NCBI GenBank assembly: GCA_004431415.1
Contig: QPMI01000643.1
Location: forward strand, 62,001 to 126,000
DNA from: Cyanophora paradoxa CCMP329
Taxonomy: Eukaryota; Plantae; Glaucophyta
Reading direction: 5' to 3'
Length of the DNA stretch: 64,000 nt
Shown here: positions 12,101-27,100 of the stretch, one piece after another
Layout: each line of letters opens with the position of its first letter
Position numbering within the stretch: the stretch's first letter is position 1
Program-made: the position numbers and the translations under genes
The notes under the pieces: generated by a model
What the model was told of the DNA's origin: nothing
The model's input: only the letters and a program-made list of their open reading frames with translations
The model's database searches: none

Positions 12101-15100
12101 GTACACGGTGCAGTACAAGGGGCTCGGCGTGGGCGGGACGGTCCTGGAGAGCACAGGCGACGAGCACTCGCTGTCGGGCGTCTCGCAGCTGACGGTGAAG
12201 ACCGACGTGCCGCCAGCGCCGGAGCTGCACGCGACGGGCATCACGGACACGACCAGCGTCATCAACGCGGCCCTGCCGACGGACGGTAGCGCCTCCACGA
12301 TTCTCAAGGTCGTCGTGGCGCGCTTCTTTGAGGGCGCCAGCACCACGTGGGAGCTTGACAAGGGCGCCCCCCTCTCGCAAACCGAGCGGCCGCCCGGGTC
12401 GACGGCGACCTACACTGCGTACTTCACGACCAACGGGGCGAGCTCGGCGACCTGTGCGCCGTACACTGTGACGCAGCTGCCGCCGGCGACGCCGACAATC
12501 ACGACACTGCTGCCGCCGGACACGTCCTCGACCTCCCTCACTGCAACGGTGGTGTTCGCGAGTGACCTGCCACGCTTCGTCACAGCGATCAGGATCTGGC
12601 GCGATAGCACGGAGCTGGAGTCGATTGCGATCACACCGTCCGGCACAGGACCGCTCTCGTACAGCCTGTTCGACACGCTGCTTGCCCCGGGCAAGCAGTA
12701 CACGTACACGGCGCGGCTCGTGACGCAGTACGCGGACTCGGCAGAAGCGTCCGCCTCGAAGGCGACAGCGCAGGCGCTGGCGCCAACTGTGGATCCCACG
12801 CCGCAGTCGGCGACGGCGGTCAACGTGGCAGTGAGCCGCGGAGGAGCCGACGCCGGCCGCATCGACGCTGCGAGCTTGACCATCACCCGGAGCGGAGAGA
12901 ACGCTGGGGACAGCGCGACCGAGCATTTGTCGGGGGCGGGCCCCTGGACGTGGAGCGACGTCGGTCTCGTGGCGGGCCGCCTGTACACGTACACGGCAAC
13001 GTACGCGACCCGTGGGCAGAGGCTGCACGACGACGGGGCGGACTCGCTGACGAGCACGGCCATCAGCGTGCGAACGGCGCCGTCGGCGCCGTCGCTGAGC
13101 CTCTGCGCGAGCAGCGCGGCGGTGAACGTGACGGTGGGGTACCCAAGCGACGCGACGAGCGACGTCTCTTACGTGTTGGTGTACCGCTCGCCTCAGTGGG
13201 GCGGCTTGGGGTCCAAGGCGTGCTGCAACAACGGCGGCACGCTGTTCGCGGACTCGGAGGTCTCGCCAGGGGCGACGTATTCGTACACGGCAAAGCTGGT
13301 GACGAGCACAAGCAGCGCGTCGGAGGGCGTGGATTCCGCGCTCTCGAGCCCGGCGGTCAACATTACGACAGCGCCCAAGAGGCCGTCTGTGCAGTCGGGA
13401 GACAAGACGAAGCTGAAGGAGAAGAGCGTCGAGATCGAGATCCATCCGGCGGAGGGCTGGGAGGGCGCGGAGCGCATCAACGTGTACCGGAGCGATGGAG
13501 CCGTGTACCACATCTCGATCGGCAGCCTCGCGCGCAAGGTGAAGAGCGGCAAGACCGTCTACACATGGGAGGACAGGGACGAGTCGCTGAAGCCGGGCTC
13601 GAAGTACACGTACCGAGTGGAGCTGGAGACACCAGCGTACCCGGGCAGCTGCAGCGTGAAGTCGGGCGAGTCGGGCGAGGGCGAGGTGTGGACGGCGGTG
13701 CCTGCCCCGCAGCCTGTCGTGCAGGGGACGTCAGCGAGCCCGTCGGCGACGGTCAGCGTGCCGCTGCCGACCGACGGGAACTCATCCGCCGTGGAGGTCA
13801 CGAAGTGCAGGCGGGCGCCGAGCACGGACTACTTTGTGGTGACGGACCAGCAGTTCTCGCAGGCGTCGGCTGATGGCATCGACCACGCGACGACGTACAC
13901 GTACTACTGCATCTTCGAGGGAAAGGGCGGCACGGTGAGCGAGGAGGGCCTGGTGACGGTCACGACGCCGCCTGACAGGCCGGTGCTAAACCTGGTGCCG
14001 CTCAACTCGACAAGCATGGAAATCAAGATCAGCATCCCCGACGGGCCCAGCGCCGCCGTCACGAACGGGATGCTGGTGACATGCAACGGGACCACGTACG
14101 GCATGACGGCGGGCCAGCGATCGCTGGTCGTGACGGGCCTGCTGCCGGGCTCGCTCCACACGTGCGAGGCGGTGCTGGACTCGCCGGCGGGCAGGTCGGA
14201 GCCGTCGGACTCGGAGCCTGCGGCGGGGAGACCTGGGTCGCAGCCGACACCGGTGCAGCTGCCGAAGGCGAGCCAGCCGTCGGTGACAGTGAAGAACGTC
14301 AACAGCACGGCGGTCGTGATGCGGGTGATGGTGCCAGTAGTTGGCGGGGTGCAGCCGAAGACGATTCGCGTGTACCGGGCGTCCAGTGGAGGCGCCGAGG
14401 AGCTGGTTGCGGAGGTCGCCGCAGCAACGGAGACGCAACTGGCCGACGCAGGACGCACGCCGGGCACTCTCTACACGTACTCTGCGGAGTACACGACGCA
14501 GGGCGAGCCGTCGAGCAGGAGCGACTGGGTGGCGGGCCGCACGGCGCCATCAGCACCGGCCCTGACACCGACGGTTCAGTCGGCGACGAATGTGACGTTC
14601 GCGATTGCGTCGCCGGATGCGACGTCGCCACCGCTGTCGATCGAGCACGTCCAGGCAACAGCCGTGCTCCGGAACGGCACGGCGGTCGGGCCTGCTCGCG
14701 GTCGGGAGCTGTGACCGAGTGCACGGACACGGGGGTGTATCCCGGCTTGGTGTACGTGTACACGGTGCAGTACAAGGGGCTCGGCGTGGGCGGGACGGTC
14801 CTGGAGAGCACAGGCGACGAGCACTCGCTGTCGGGCGTCTCGCAGCTGACGGTGAAGACCGACGTGCCGCCAGCGCCGGAGCTGCACGCGACGGGCATCA
14901 CGGACACGACCAGCGTCATCAACGCGGCCCTGCCGACGGACGGTAGCGCCTCCACGATTCTCAAGGTCGTCGTGGCGCGCTTCTTCGAGGGCGCCAGCAC
15001 CACGTGGGAGCTTGACAAGGGCGCCCCCCTCTCGCAAACCGAGCGGCCGCCCGGGTCGACGGCGACCTACACTGCGTACTTCACGACCAACGGGGCGAGC

Positions 15101-18100
15101 TCGGCGACCTGTGCGCCGTACACTGTGACGCAGCTGCCGCCGGCGACGCCGACAATCACGACACTGCTGCCGCCGGACACGTCCTCGACCTCCCTCACTG
15201 CAACGGTGGTGTTCGCGAGTGACCTGCCACGCTTCGTCACAGCGATCAGGATCTGGCGCGATAGCACGGAGCTGGAGTCGATTGCGATCACACCGTCCGG
15301 CACAGGACCGCTCTCGTACAGCCTGTTCGACACGCTGCTTGCCCCGGGCAAGCAGTACACGTACACGGCGCGGCTCGTGACGCAGTACGCGGACTCGGCA
15401 GAAGCGTCGGCCTCGAAGGCGACAGCGCAGGCGCTGGCGCCAACTGTGGATCCCACGCCGCAGTCGGCGACGGCGGTCAACGTGGCAGTGAGCCGCGGAG
15501 GAGCCGACGCCGGCCGCATCGACGCTGCGAGCTTGACCATCACCCGGAGCGGAGAGAACGCTGGGGACAGCGCGACCAAGCATTTGTCGGGGGCGGGCCC
15601 CTGGACGTGGAGCGACGTTGGTCTCGTGGCGGGCCGCCTGTACACGTACACGGCAACGTACGCGACCCGTGGGCAGAGGCTGCATGACGACGGGGCGGAC
15701 TCGCTGACGAGCACGGCCATCAGCGTGCGAACGGCGCCGTCGGCGCCGTCGCTGAGCCTCTGCATGAGCAGCGCGGCGGTGAACGTGACGGTAGGGTACC
15801 CAAGCGACGCGACGAGCGACGTCTCTTACGTGTTGGTGTACCGCTCGCCTCAGTGGGGCGGCTTGGGGTCCAAGGCGTGCTGCAACAACGGCGGCACGCT
15901 GTTCGCGGACTCGGAGGTCTCGCCAGGGGCGACGTATTCGTACACGGCAAAGCTGGTGACGAGCACAAGCAGCGCGTCGGAGGGCGTGGAGTCGGCGCTC
16001 TCGGGCCCGGCGGTCAACATTACAACAGCGCCCAAGAGGCCGTCTGTGCAGTCGGGAGACAAGACGAAGCTGAAGGAGAAGAGCGTCGAGATCGAGATCC
16101 ATCCGGCGGAGGGCTGGGAGGGCGCGGAGCTTATCAATGTGTACCGGAGCGATGGAGCCGTGTACCACATCTCGATCGGCAGCCTCGCGCGCAAGGTGAA
16201 GAGCGGCAAGACCGTCTACACATGGGAGGACAGGGACGAGTCGCTGAAGCCGGGCTCGAAGTACACGTACCGAGTGGAGCTGGAGACGCCACCGTACCCG
16301 GGCAGCTGCAGCGTGAAGTCGGGCGAGTCGGGCGAGGGCGAGGTGTGGACGGCGGTGCCTGCCCCGCAGCCTGTCGTGCAGGGGACGTCAGCGAGCCCGT
16401 TGGCGACGGTCAGCGTGCCGCTGCCGACCGACGGGAACTCATCCGCCGTGGAGGTCACGAAGTGCAGGCGGGCGCCGAGCACGGACTACTTTGTGGTGAC
16501 GGACCAGCAGTTCTCGCAGGCGTCAGCTGATGGCATCGACCACGCGACGACGTACACGTACTACTGCATTTTCGAGGGAAAGGGCGGCACGGTGAGCGAG
16601 GAGGGCCTGGTGACAGTCACGACGCCTCCAATGCGTCCAGAGATTGCAATTGATTTTGCAGAGGAAACCGCTTTTCGCGCCACCATCTCTGTTGCTCAGC
16701 TTGCAAGTTGGGCTGTCTCCAACGGCACCATTGTGGTTTGTAATGGCACTGCATCCGTTGTGCTCCCTCTCGGCGAAAGCGAGGCTGTCATCGTGGGACT
16801 GAAACCTGGAACGCTTTACGTTTGTACTGCGACCCTGGATTCACCTTTCGGGCGCTCAGTCGCCTCCCTTCCGGTTTCGGATAGCACTCGGATTCCAGCT
16901 GCACCGATTATTATAGTGCAGGGAGTCACGAACTCGACTGTCAATCTCCGGCTTGTTGTGGCGCCCCCTGCTACTGTCACTGTGTCGAGTGTCCGCATTT
17001 TCCGCAATAATGTTCTGGTCCAGACCCTTCCAGCAACGCAGCTGACTTACATTGACGCTGATCGCGCACCGCAAACGATTTACGAGTACACACTCGATTA
17101 CACGACGCAGGGGTCACCGTCTGCAAGGAGCGCTGTAGCATTTGCCCGGACGTCGCCGTCTCCTCCGATCATCACTCTTCGCAGTATCTCATTCGCTAGT
17201 ATTGGGGTACGGATCGAGAGTCCCGATACACCGATTTCTGCCTCCGTGGAGCGGCTGGTTCTGCTTCGGGACGGGTCTTCGAGCCCTGTCCTAGATCGCA
17301 GCTGCGATGTCAATGCCTTCGACTGCAAGGTTGTGGACTGGGAAATCCTGAACCTCTGTCCCGGGACAACGTATTCGGTGCGAGCGTACTACGTCGGCAC
17401 CGGCCCTTCTCCTGGGGCGACATCGAACAGCCTTGACTCGAACGTGCTTGTCGCGTCGACACGCGTTACTGAAAGGCCTGCACTTGGGCTGCTTGGGCAA
17501 GGCCCAGCAACGCGAAATGCCATATCTGTTCAATATTCTGTGAACGGCAGCAGTTCATCGGTTGCAGGCGTGCTCATCTGGCGGGATGCGGATCTCATTC
17601 TGTCCTGGAGGGACGGGGAGCCGAATCCTCTGAGCATGTGGTACCTCTTCTCTCGGGTCATGTGGTTCGAAGACGCGAACCGGGCGCCGGGATCCACGGC
17701 AAGCTACACAGCGCTCCTGCTGACCTGCGGCGCCAATTCGTCTGTTTCGCTGCCGCTGGTAGTCACTCAGCCAGCTCCCGCGGCACCCGTGTTGACAGTC
17801 TCCAAGGTGGCGGGCCTCTGGTGGAGCTACACCCAGCTTACCGTCTCAATCACAGCCCCCCCTGCTACTCTGAGCGGTTACTACGACGCCGAACTTCCGT
17901 TCCTTGTCAATATCCACGTTTTCCGAAACGGCACCTACCTGCGCAGCATCCCTGTCGGCGGCTCCAATGCAGTATACACTTTTACGGACACCTTTCTGCT
18001 GCCCGGGATTCGTTACTCTTACGCTGCATTGGCCGCCACGACCCTCATCAATTCCTCAATGTCTGCCGCGGCGGCTCAGACAACCAGTTTAGCGCAGGCT

Positions 18101-21100
18101 CCAGCAGTCGCAGCCAGGGGACTCAACTCGTCCGCCATCTCCTTGACAATAACGTCGATCCCGAACCCCGCGAACGTGAATATCACTGCAGGCCGTGTGC
18201 ACGTCTATCGTGGCAGCTCGAAGATCGCGGATGTACCAGCTTCTTCAGCCATCAATCTCATCGACAGCGATTGCATGCCAGGGCGCAGCTACAACTACAC
18301 TGCAAAGTACACGACGGAGAACGCGCTTGGGGTGGCAGGCGCAGACTCTGCGCTCAGCCTGACTTCAAGCGCTTGGACGGCGCCTTCCCCTCCGCTTCTC
18401 AGCCTGTCAGCTGTCTCGCCGACTTCAATCCACGTGTCTCTCATTCCGCCTGGCGATGGCTCCGCCCGCGCCATCACAGGCACGGTGGTAACACGAGCGG
18501 CAAGTCCATTGGACGTCACAGTCTGCAGCTCCGGCCCTGGTGGCGTTGCGCAACTTCCATCGTGCACGTCGAGTGCACTCGTTGCGGGGACCTTGTACAA
18601 GCTCTCCGCTTACTATTCGGGCCAAGGTAATACCGAGAGTGCCACAGCCGTACTGGAGGCAGCAACCGCTCCACTCGCTCCCTTCGTACTCAGAGGCGGT
18701 GAAGCGACGAGTTCTTCGGTCAGCCTTTCATTCTTGTACGATGTGCCAAGCTCGACCTTCGCGAATGCAACGGAGCTCTGGCGCAACGGGACTCGCGTCC
18801 GCGTTTTCCCAAATACGGGTTCCTTGGTAGCTGCCTGGAATGACACAGGCCTCGCTCCCGTGTCTCCGTACGCATACCACGTCGTCTTGACCACGTCCGA
18901 GACGCGTCTTCGCGTGGAGTCTCCGGCCTCCTCGGTTGCCGTTCTTTGGACCGCTCCAAATCCGCCGCAGCTCTTGCTCATAAGCAACACGGTCCATCCC
19001 TCCGTCACCGTGCAAGTTCCTCTGCCGTCGGATGGGACAGCTCGCTTCATCGTGGAGACGAAGTGCCAGAGGACCACTGGGGAAGATTTGGTCCTGGACG
19101 GCGAAACGCGCCAGTTTACGGACTCGAGCGTCGAGTTCTCGACCACGTATTCGTACACCTGTTTCTTTTACGGCCAAAGTGGCACACGCAGCATCGACTC
19201 TGCCCCGCTGGTCGTCGCGACACTGCCATCGCCACCTTCGCTCTCCGCTGCTCCAATCAACTGCACCTCCCTAGAACTGACCTTGACGATCCTCGGAGTT
19301 TCGACCAGGAGGGTGATGACGGGCACGCAAATCACTTGCTCCGGGCCCAATAACTTTGCCCTCGGCCCGGTCGCTGTTCCCGCGGGCCAGATGCAGTACA
19401 CGCTCTCTGGATTGTCGCCTGGCTTGACGTACCTCTGCTCCGCGATCGTGCAGTCACTCGCGGGAGACTCGTCGCCTTCCGACTCTGTTCCCGAGACTGC
19501 CACAAAAGACCCCACACCCGCAACGACCTTCTCGGCCCCGCGGCCCTCTGTCACTTGGGATCGGTCCCTGTCCACCGTATCAACTATCGGGCTCTACATC
19601 ACGGTGCCGCCCACAGCGGGCGTGACTGTCGGGGCCGTTCGTCTCTACCGGCAAAATGAGGACGGGTCTTGGCCTTCGACAGCTACGATGGTTCTCAATG
19701 CGCCGCCATACAAATGGACGGACGAGTCCCGAACACCGTACACAAGGTACACGTACCGTGCGGATTACACAACGCAGGGCGCCCCATCTGCCCTGAGCAT
19801 CTCGGCAAACGCCTGGACTGCGCCATCGCCGCCAACGCTCTCGGCTCCGGATGCCGACGTCGGCCCGACTTCCGTGAGGTTTGTAATCACTGATGGAGAC
19901 GCCTCGGCCAGCGGCGCGTATGCTCGACTGTACAACCCCGCCAACGCAACGTTTGAGCTGCAACTCGACGCCAGTGTCCGCGAGTACGTCCAGCATGGCC
20001 TCAACCCCGGCGACACCGTCAGCATGGAGTCGCGCCTCGCGCAGCACCCCGACGGCTCGGCCCTGCTCAGTTCCTTATCTAACCGGGTGACGAAGACCAC
20101 CAAGGTCCCGGGCCCGCCGACGGTGAACATCACCGGCACGACCTACCAGAGCGCGACGTTCTCGGTGACCCTCGCCAAGGATGGCACGGAGTCGGCCGTC
20201 ACCGCCGTCGAGGTTCGGCGCGACGGAAAGCTGATTGTAACATTGTTTCAATTCAACTTGTCTCATTCACACGTTGACTCTGGTGCGGACGTCTCCCCAA
20301 TCGGGCTGCTCTCCAGCCGCACGTACTCTTACGTGGCGACGGCTCTCACGACCGGCCTGCCATCGGAGCCTTCCGCCCCGGCACTTGCTCTAATTCCGTT
20401 ACCTCCCGCTCCGGAGGTGCGGCCGACAGCTGCGAACTCGTCCGCAATCTGGCTTGCATTCCAGTCCAGTGTTCCATCGGGTATTCTGTCGCGCTTCGAT
20501 GTCTACCAGAACGGTTCCTTGATCCTATCTTCTGCGAATATACCTGCGAGATGGATCGCTGCTGGGCTAAACCCGGGAACCGTTTACACGTTCAGCGCGA
20601 AGCTTGCCACCATTGCAGCCGAGTCGCCTTCGTCTTCCTTGCGGAGCGCGGCTACTGACCTGGCTACCGCGCCCATCATCGACTATGTTGGGGCAAACGA
20701 AACTTCAATCGACATTGCCATTCTGCTTCCCAGCAACGATGATGCCCTTCTGGCTAGAAAGCTCCGCGTCTATGTCGATGGCGCGCTGTATTCCTACCTG
20801 GATCCGTCGACCACATCATACTGGGTGCCGTCACTCGCGAACAACCGCGCATACAGCCTCACCGTGGACTATACTACCGATGGAGCGGCCTCGCGGCGCT
20901 CTAATGCAATCGCTCCGCGCACAGTTCCTTGGCCGCCGGTCCTGGCTTCTGCATCCGTGTCGACTTCGGCTGCCAGTATTACAGCAATGCCCGATTCACG
21001 GATGCAGGCTGGCGGTATTACGTCCGTTGTTTTGTCGAGAGTCGTAACCTCTGGCGCTACAGCTGCTTTGTCCTCCTCCTGGATTTCCAGCCAGCAGCCG

Positions 21101-24100
21101 CCGGTACTCTTTGCACATGGAGTGACCACGGGTCTCTCGTACGCCTACAGCAGCCAGGCCACGGTCATTTACACCTACGACCCTGCCGGCGTCAAGCAGG
21201 TCACTCTCACGAGCGGGCTGTCCAATTCGCTCAACGTCACTGTTCCGGTGACGCCACCGGTCATTTCGTTCGTCTCATCCACACCGACAACGTTGACTTT
21301 GAGGGTTGAGAATCCCGATCCGCTTCAGCGAGTATCCGAAGCTTGCATCCTTCGAGATGGGATCTTGGTGTTCTGCGTCCGTCTGGATGGCTCTTTCGTT
21401 CTCGCGACGGATTCGGGCCTGGAGCCAAGCCGTGGCTACACGTACCAGGCATATTTCACGACGGCTGGCGCCAGCTCTGGTCCCTCCAATACCCTCGAGG
21501 GCAAGGAGACGGACGATTGCGACGAGCCAGGCTACGAGGAGACTCCCACAGTAGCAACGACTTGGACGACAGCGGTGCTCAACTTCACTTACCCCAAGGA
21601 GAACCGCGGTCGCGGCAGCGTGATCGCCTGTGATGTTATTATCAGTGCTAATGGAGAGATGGTTCGCACTGTTTCCGTGGCGGCCTTCCAGACAGGCTCC
21701 GTTTTCCGAGGCCTTGCGGCATCCACAACCTACAGATTCGAGTTGGCGTTCCGCACCCGTAGGCGGCTCTCGACGAAGACGAGTACAGTGTTTGCGACGA
21801 CGTGGGCTCTGCCAGTGCTTGCTCTCAGTGGAAAGACCGCGACCAAAGCAACTTTGACTGCATCTGCAGGCTCTCTCGGCCGGACCGATGTCACGGGCTG
21901 GAAGCTCTTCCGTGTTGGCCGGGGCCTCGTAGGCGCCTTTGCGAGCACGCAGACGCAGCTGACACAGACCGACGCTTACCTTCTTCCGAAGACGGACTAC
22001 CAGTACTACGCGTTGGCCCTGTCCTCGGCGGCCCTCGAGCCTACCAGCCCGCGGTCGAACTTGGTCTCTGTCACGACCGACAATCTGGACCCGCCGAGCA
22101 ATTTTGTTGCACAAGCCGCCGTGGTTTCCGGCGTTGTAGTCGACACGTCGTCCTACGGCACATTTTCGTACATGCTGGACGACTCGGACCGCGCCGCGGT
22201 TGCATACACGCTCATATACCGCACCACCTGCTCGTCGTGCTCCGCGCAGGCAACCTGGGAGGGCTTCCAGGCATGCACATCGACCTCGGCATGTGGTCGT
22301 GCGCTCACCGCGAACCTGACCAAGTTTACAGTCGAGTTTGTCGAGAGCAATTTGCCTCGCGGCTTCAACTACACCTACAGGTACGTCTTGCTTCTCCTGC
22401 TCTCTGCATGCATCCCAATCCGAGCGCAGGGCTTTCTTTGTGGCGGCCAACGGTGTCGCCTCCGGCTTATCTGTGCCGGCGACTGTGGTCGTGCCCAACC
22501 TGCCGCCGACTCCGTCGCCCTCACCCAGCCCGTCGCCCTCGCCAAGCCCGTCGCCTTCGCCCAGCCCGTCCCCGTCCCGCGCACCTTCGCCGAGTCCCTC
22601 GCCGTCGCCGACACCCCAGTTCGGAACCTGCCAGAAGTACTACGATACAGTAAGCACAACGTTGCAGGTCCGTCGACGTCGGCTGTATTACGATCATGAT
22701 GAGCATGCATATGCTCGCTCTTTTGCCGAAATTGCGTAGTGCTGAAGATTGCGATTGCGCAGAACCAGTGCAAAACGATGTCGGCAGGACAGAAGCCGCT
22801 TTCCTTCGAATACGCCAGCATTCGGGGCAGCAGTGCGCATGCGCTACTTCCTTGGCTCTCATATTTTCCCAACATGCTGACTCCACTCTTTCCAGTACGT
22901 GTCACGACACCTTCCTTACTTCGAGCCATCGGTCTCACTGGGCGCGGAAATCTGAAATGCCTTATTCGTGCGCAAAGCTGCTTAATTTCAGTCGCGCATT
23001 GTTTTCCTAACCTTCCCTGCGGTGCGGTGCAGCCGCAACTTACAACTTCACTGCGCACTCGATTAATCCCAACGAGGAGTACTGCCTGACGGAGTTCGAG
23101 ATCGACAATTGTCCCTATAATGACGCTTTTGGAACCAATCTGAATCAACCCGACAAATCGTTCTCGCATTTTGGATTGAGCCTGAACGGCACCGCCATCA
23201 ACTTTCCGAATGTTACCCTCGTCTGTGCGAACATTTCGGGTGCGTCCATGTGCGACATGACACATACGCAACATCCGCCTTGTGACCCGTTTTCTTACAG
23301 CTGGGCCGGCGACTGTTCCAGTCTTGGTGGAGCCCATTCCCATCATCGCGGTGCTGCCAGATGCCAGCCCTGCCGTCGTGCCCACCGCAACACCCGTCGC
23401 TGCATCCTCGAGAACGCCCAGTCCGACGCCGTCCGCGTCCGCGCCTCCAGCAGACCCGTCCAGATTCATCTGCTCAATCACCCTCTCCAGCGTCAACGTC
23501 ACCACCAGAAACAGGCGGTTCACTTTTGCGATCAATAAGACGGCGCCCAGTGGATACATGGACTTAATCAAATACGTCCGCGTCTACCGCTACGACTGTG
23601 AGTTTAAGAGCCATGCAACTGGCCGCTACCCGAGGGCGTCCGTGAACTGTCAGTCGGACAACCGGAACGAGGGCTGCGGACTTGGCGCGTGCGGCCCAAG
23701 CGGGCGCAAGTCCTGCTTCTCACAGAGCAAGTGCAAGGGCCGATCTTACCTCGTAGATGCCCGCAATGGAGTCTGGGAGTACACCACCAATGACAAGGAT
23801 GTGTCGCCCAACGACGTCGTTCATTGGAGGTGCGCCGGCAAAGTTCGTCGCTCTGTTTGTCCGAATTTAACGCACGTGCAGTGCGAAATGCGTCCTCGAG
23901 GACGGCCGGGAGGGCTCCGACACGGACTTTGTCGGGTGTCGCGCGGGAGGCAGCGACGACCCGAGGAAGCCCTGCGGGAGCAACGGGCCGACTGCGGCAG
24001 CGATCGTTCCGCCCTCGCCCTTCCTGCGACTCTGGAAGCGCAAAAGCGACTCTTCCTCCAAGGGCAACAAACAAGTGCTTCAGCAAGGCCTTCAGTTCAA

Positions 24101-27100
24101 CATCCCGCAGAGCTACTCGAGCTCGCTCTCCCAGATCATCGTGAAGCGAGTCGAATGCGACGACTGCAACAGCGATAACGACGAGGAAACTTGCGAATGT
24201 GATCCGAGCAGCACCGTGACTATCACGTTCTCCGCGTCGCGAACGCAATCCATATGCGACAAGACGTCATGTCTCCTCCCTCTAAACAGCAATGTTTTCA
24301 ATGGCGAAGTCATTAGCGTACCGCCTGATGGGATGGACAACCCGGAGTTGAACAAGAACAAGCTGTACCAGTACATGCGCGTGCAGTACCGCTCACCTGT
24401 ATCAATTTGAGCACATGCATGCTGACATCCCCAAGCAGATCGACGTACAAGCTGGTCGACAACACGCTCACGACCTCGGATGCGACGTACTGCGTCATCG
24501 GCAATTCGCCAGGCTGGACATACACGCCGTGCACGTCGGATCCCGGTCGTGTGTTCAGCGGCGCGGGTGACGACGATTATGACGACGATTATGACGACGA
24601 CGATGACGATGACGACGACGACCGGCGCAGAAAGTTACACTTCAGCGAACCGACAGCGCTTGCACGCCTTCAGCGGCTGCGGATCCGTGAGCTCCTGCAG
24701 TCAGACTCGGCATCCGTCTCGACATCAGTCATTCGACTCTCCATTAGACCGTCCGGGGTTAACTGGACCGCTTCCGCAAACCCAATTGTCGCGCTGACGC
24801 TCTATCGCCGCGTCGGGTCCTGCGCGTCCGGCTTGCGGCCAGCAACTGTGTACGCGAAACCGTCATTTACAACCGGCCAGCTCGCCGGCACGGTCCTCTA
24901 CAATGACACAAGCATCAACGTCGGTCAGACGTACTGCTACATGTCCGTCTCCATTCTTAACGATATCGATAGCTTTCCTTTGTCGTTCGCTTCCTAATCT
25001 CCCATGCAGGGCCCAGTACACGGTGAATGCAACTTCAGCGGACGGGCAGGTCTACCAAGTGCAGCCATCCAACTCTTCGACTGTCGACGCGTTGGTCCCG
25101 GCGCCAGCACCAAGGCCAGCTTCTCCCACTCCCACTGTGGCACCAATGCCTTCACCGAACCCTGCGAGCTTCAACTGCTCTATCAAACTGGCGCTCGTTA
25201 ACATTACCGCTACGCTCCGGAGATTTCGCTTCAACGTCACCAAGTCTGCGCCAAGTGCACATCTCAGCAAGATCAAATACGTCCGCGTCTACCGCTACGA
25301 CTGCGAGTTCAAGAACCATGCAACTGGCCGCTACCCGAGGGCGTCCGTGAACTGTCAGTCGGACAACCGGAACGAAGGCTGCGGACTTGGCGCGTGCGGC
25401 CCAAGCGTGCGCAAGTCCTGCTTCTCACAGAGCAAGTGCATGCTGCGCACGTTCCTGGTGGATGCAACCAGGACAACGTGGGACTTCGCTGCAGACGAAA
25501 AAGATGTCGATTTTGGATCGGTCGTCCACTGGGGGTGCGTCTTTCGTGATTGAGCCATCGATGGGTAGTGCACTGAAAAGCGGCGCGTCCGCAGCGCGAA
25601 ATGCGTCCTCGAGGACGGCCGGGAGGGCTCCGACACGGACTTTGTCGGGTGTCGCGCGGGAGGCAGCGACGACCCGAGGAAGCCCTGCGGGAGCAATGCG
25701 CCGGAAGCCACTGCGCCGATTCCGGTTTTGCCGTTCCTCCGCGTGTACAAGAAGAAGGCGTCCAACGGATCCCCCGCGAAGCACGGCCTGCAGTTCCAGG
25801 TACCCGCGAACTACAAGTCCCTCATCGACCGCATCGACGTCGAGCGAGTCTCGTGCACGTGCCCAAGCGATTACGACGGCGGCGAGTGTGCAGAGTACAC
25901 GGCCCGACGGAGCTGGAAGGCGTGCTCGCGCGCTGTAACGTGGTCGTACTCCTCCGCGAGCTCGAGCTCCACGTGGGCGTCGCTGCTCGCGAGCGCCACG
26001 ATCGAGAAGTCGGACAATCTTTCTCCGAGTAAACTTTACTTCTACAACTCGACCTACGTGTTTAAGGACGGCAGCGTCAGCCTCGAGGACTTCACGTTCT
26101 GCGATGGAGACGCGAGTGGCTCCGGATACTCGTCTACGGCCTGGTCGGAATGCACGAACAACCCCAACAGGCCCCCCGAGGGCGCCGGCGATGGCAGCAG
26201 CGACCAGCCGGACAGCGACTACACGGATGAAGGGGACTTGCACGACGACGACGACGACGAGCGCGGCTTCGACGGCCACGACGACGAGGAGCACCACCGC
26301 GGCATCTGGTCCGGCTCAAGCGGCCGCTCCCGCCGCCTGCTCGCCATCGGCGACGGCAGCGACAACGGCTCTGAGCAGCCACACGCGGCGTCGGCTGTCG
26401 CGCCCCCGGAGGTTGCTTCCCGCGCCGAGAACGTGGCGGCGGCCATGCGCCGCCTGCAGGGCTCCGCGCCACCGCTCGTCCAGGTGACTTCCCTGCGGTG
26501 GTACGGCAATCAGCCGCTGCGGCGCGTCTCGGTGGACGCCGGGCAGGTCGTGAAGACGGAGCCGCTCGACGACCGCGTCCTGCGCACGGTCATCTACACC
26601 GTCACGGGCCTCGACCGCACGGTCGTCAACGAGGGCGAGGCCGTCGAGATCGTCTGCTGGTTCGTTCCTCTCCTTTTCGCGTTATCCCGGATTCGAGTAC
26701 TATGTTCGATGACGCCGCCCTCGCAGGCAGCAGGCCGCGAGTGTGGCGCTGGACGCGAATTCCGCGCGGGTGCAGGCCTCGATCCGCCTGCTGACCGAGT
26801 ACTCGGAGAGCAGCACCTTCTTCAGGCTGCAGAGCATCGGACGCGAGATGAGTGCCGCCAACGGCTATTCGCGCGGATTCACGCTCGTCCTGAGCTGCGC
26901 GCCCGGCTCGAACTGCCCGTCTCCAACCTGCGTCGCTCCTTCCGGTACGCCCGTTGTGCGCTGTCCCACGCGCCTCGCCAAAGGGACGCCCGCGCAGTAC
27001 TGGCCTGCGGCTACTACAGCGCCGACCTGAGGGACTACACGACGGAGGGCTGCACGACGTCGTACGTCTGCACGGGCGAGGAGTGCGCCACAGAGGACGG

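Noticed and set aside
9309-22653. Antisense and alternate-frame ORFs over the FN3 gene
   Set aside because: Shadow ORFs from GC3-rich codon usage, with no recognisable motifs.
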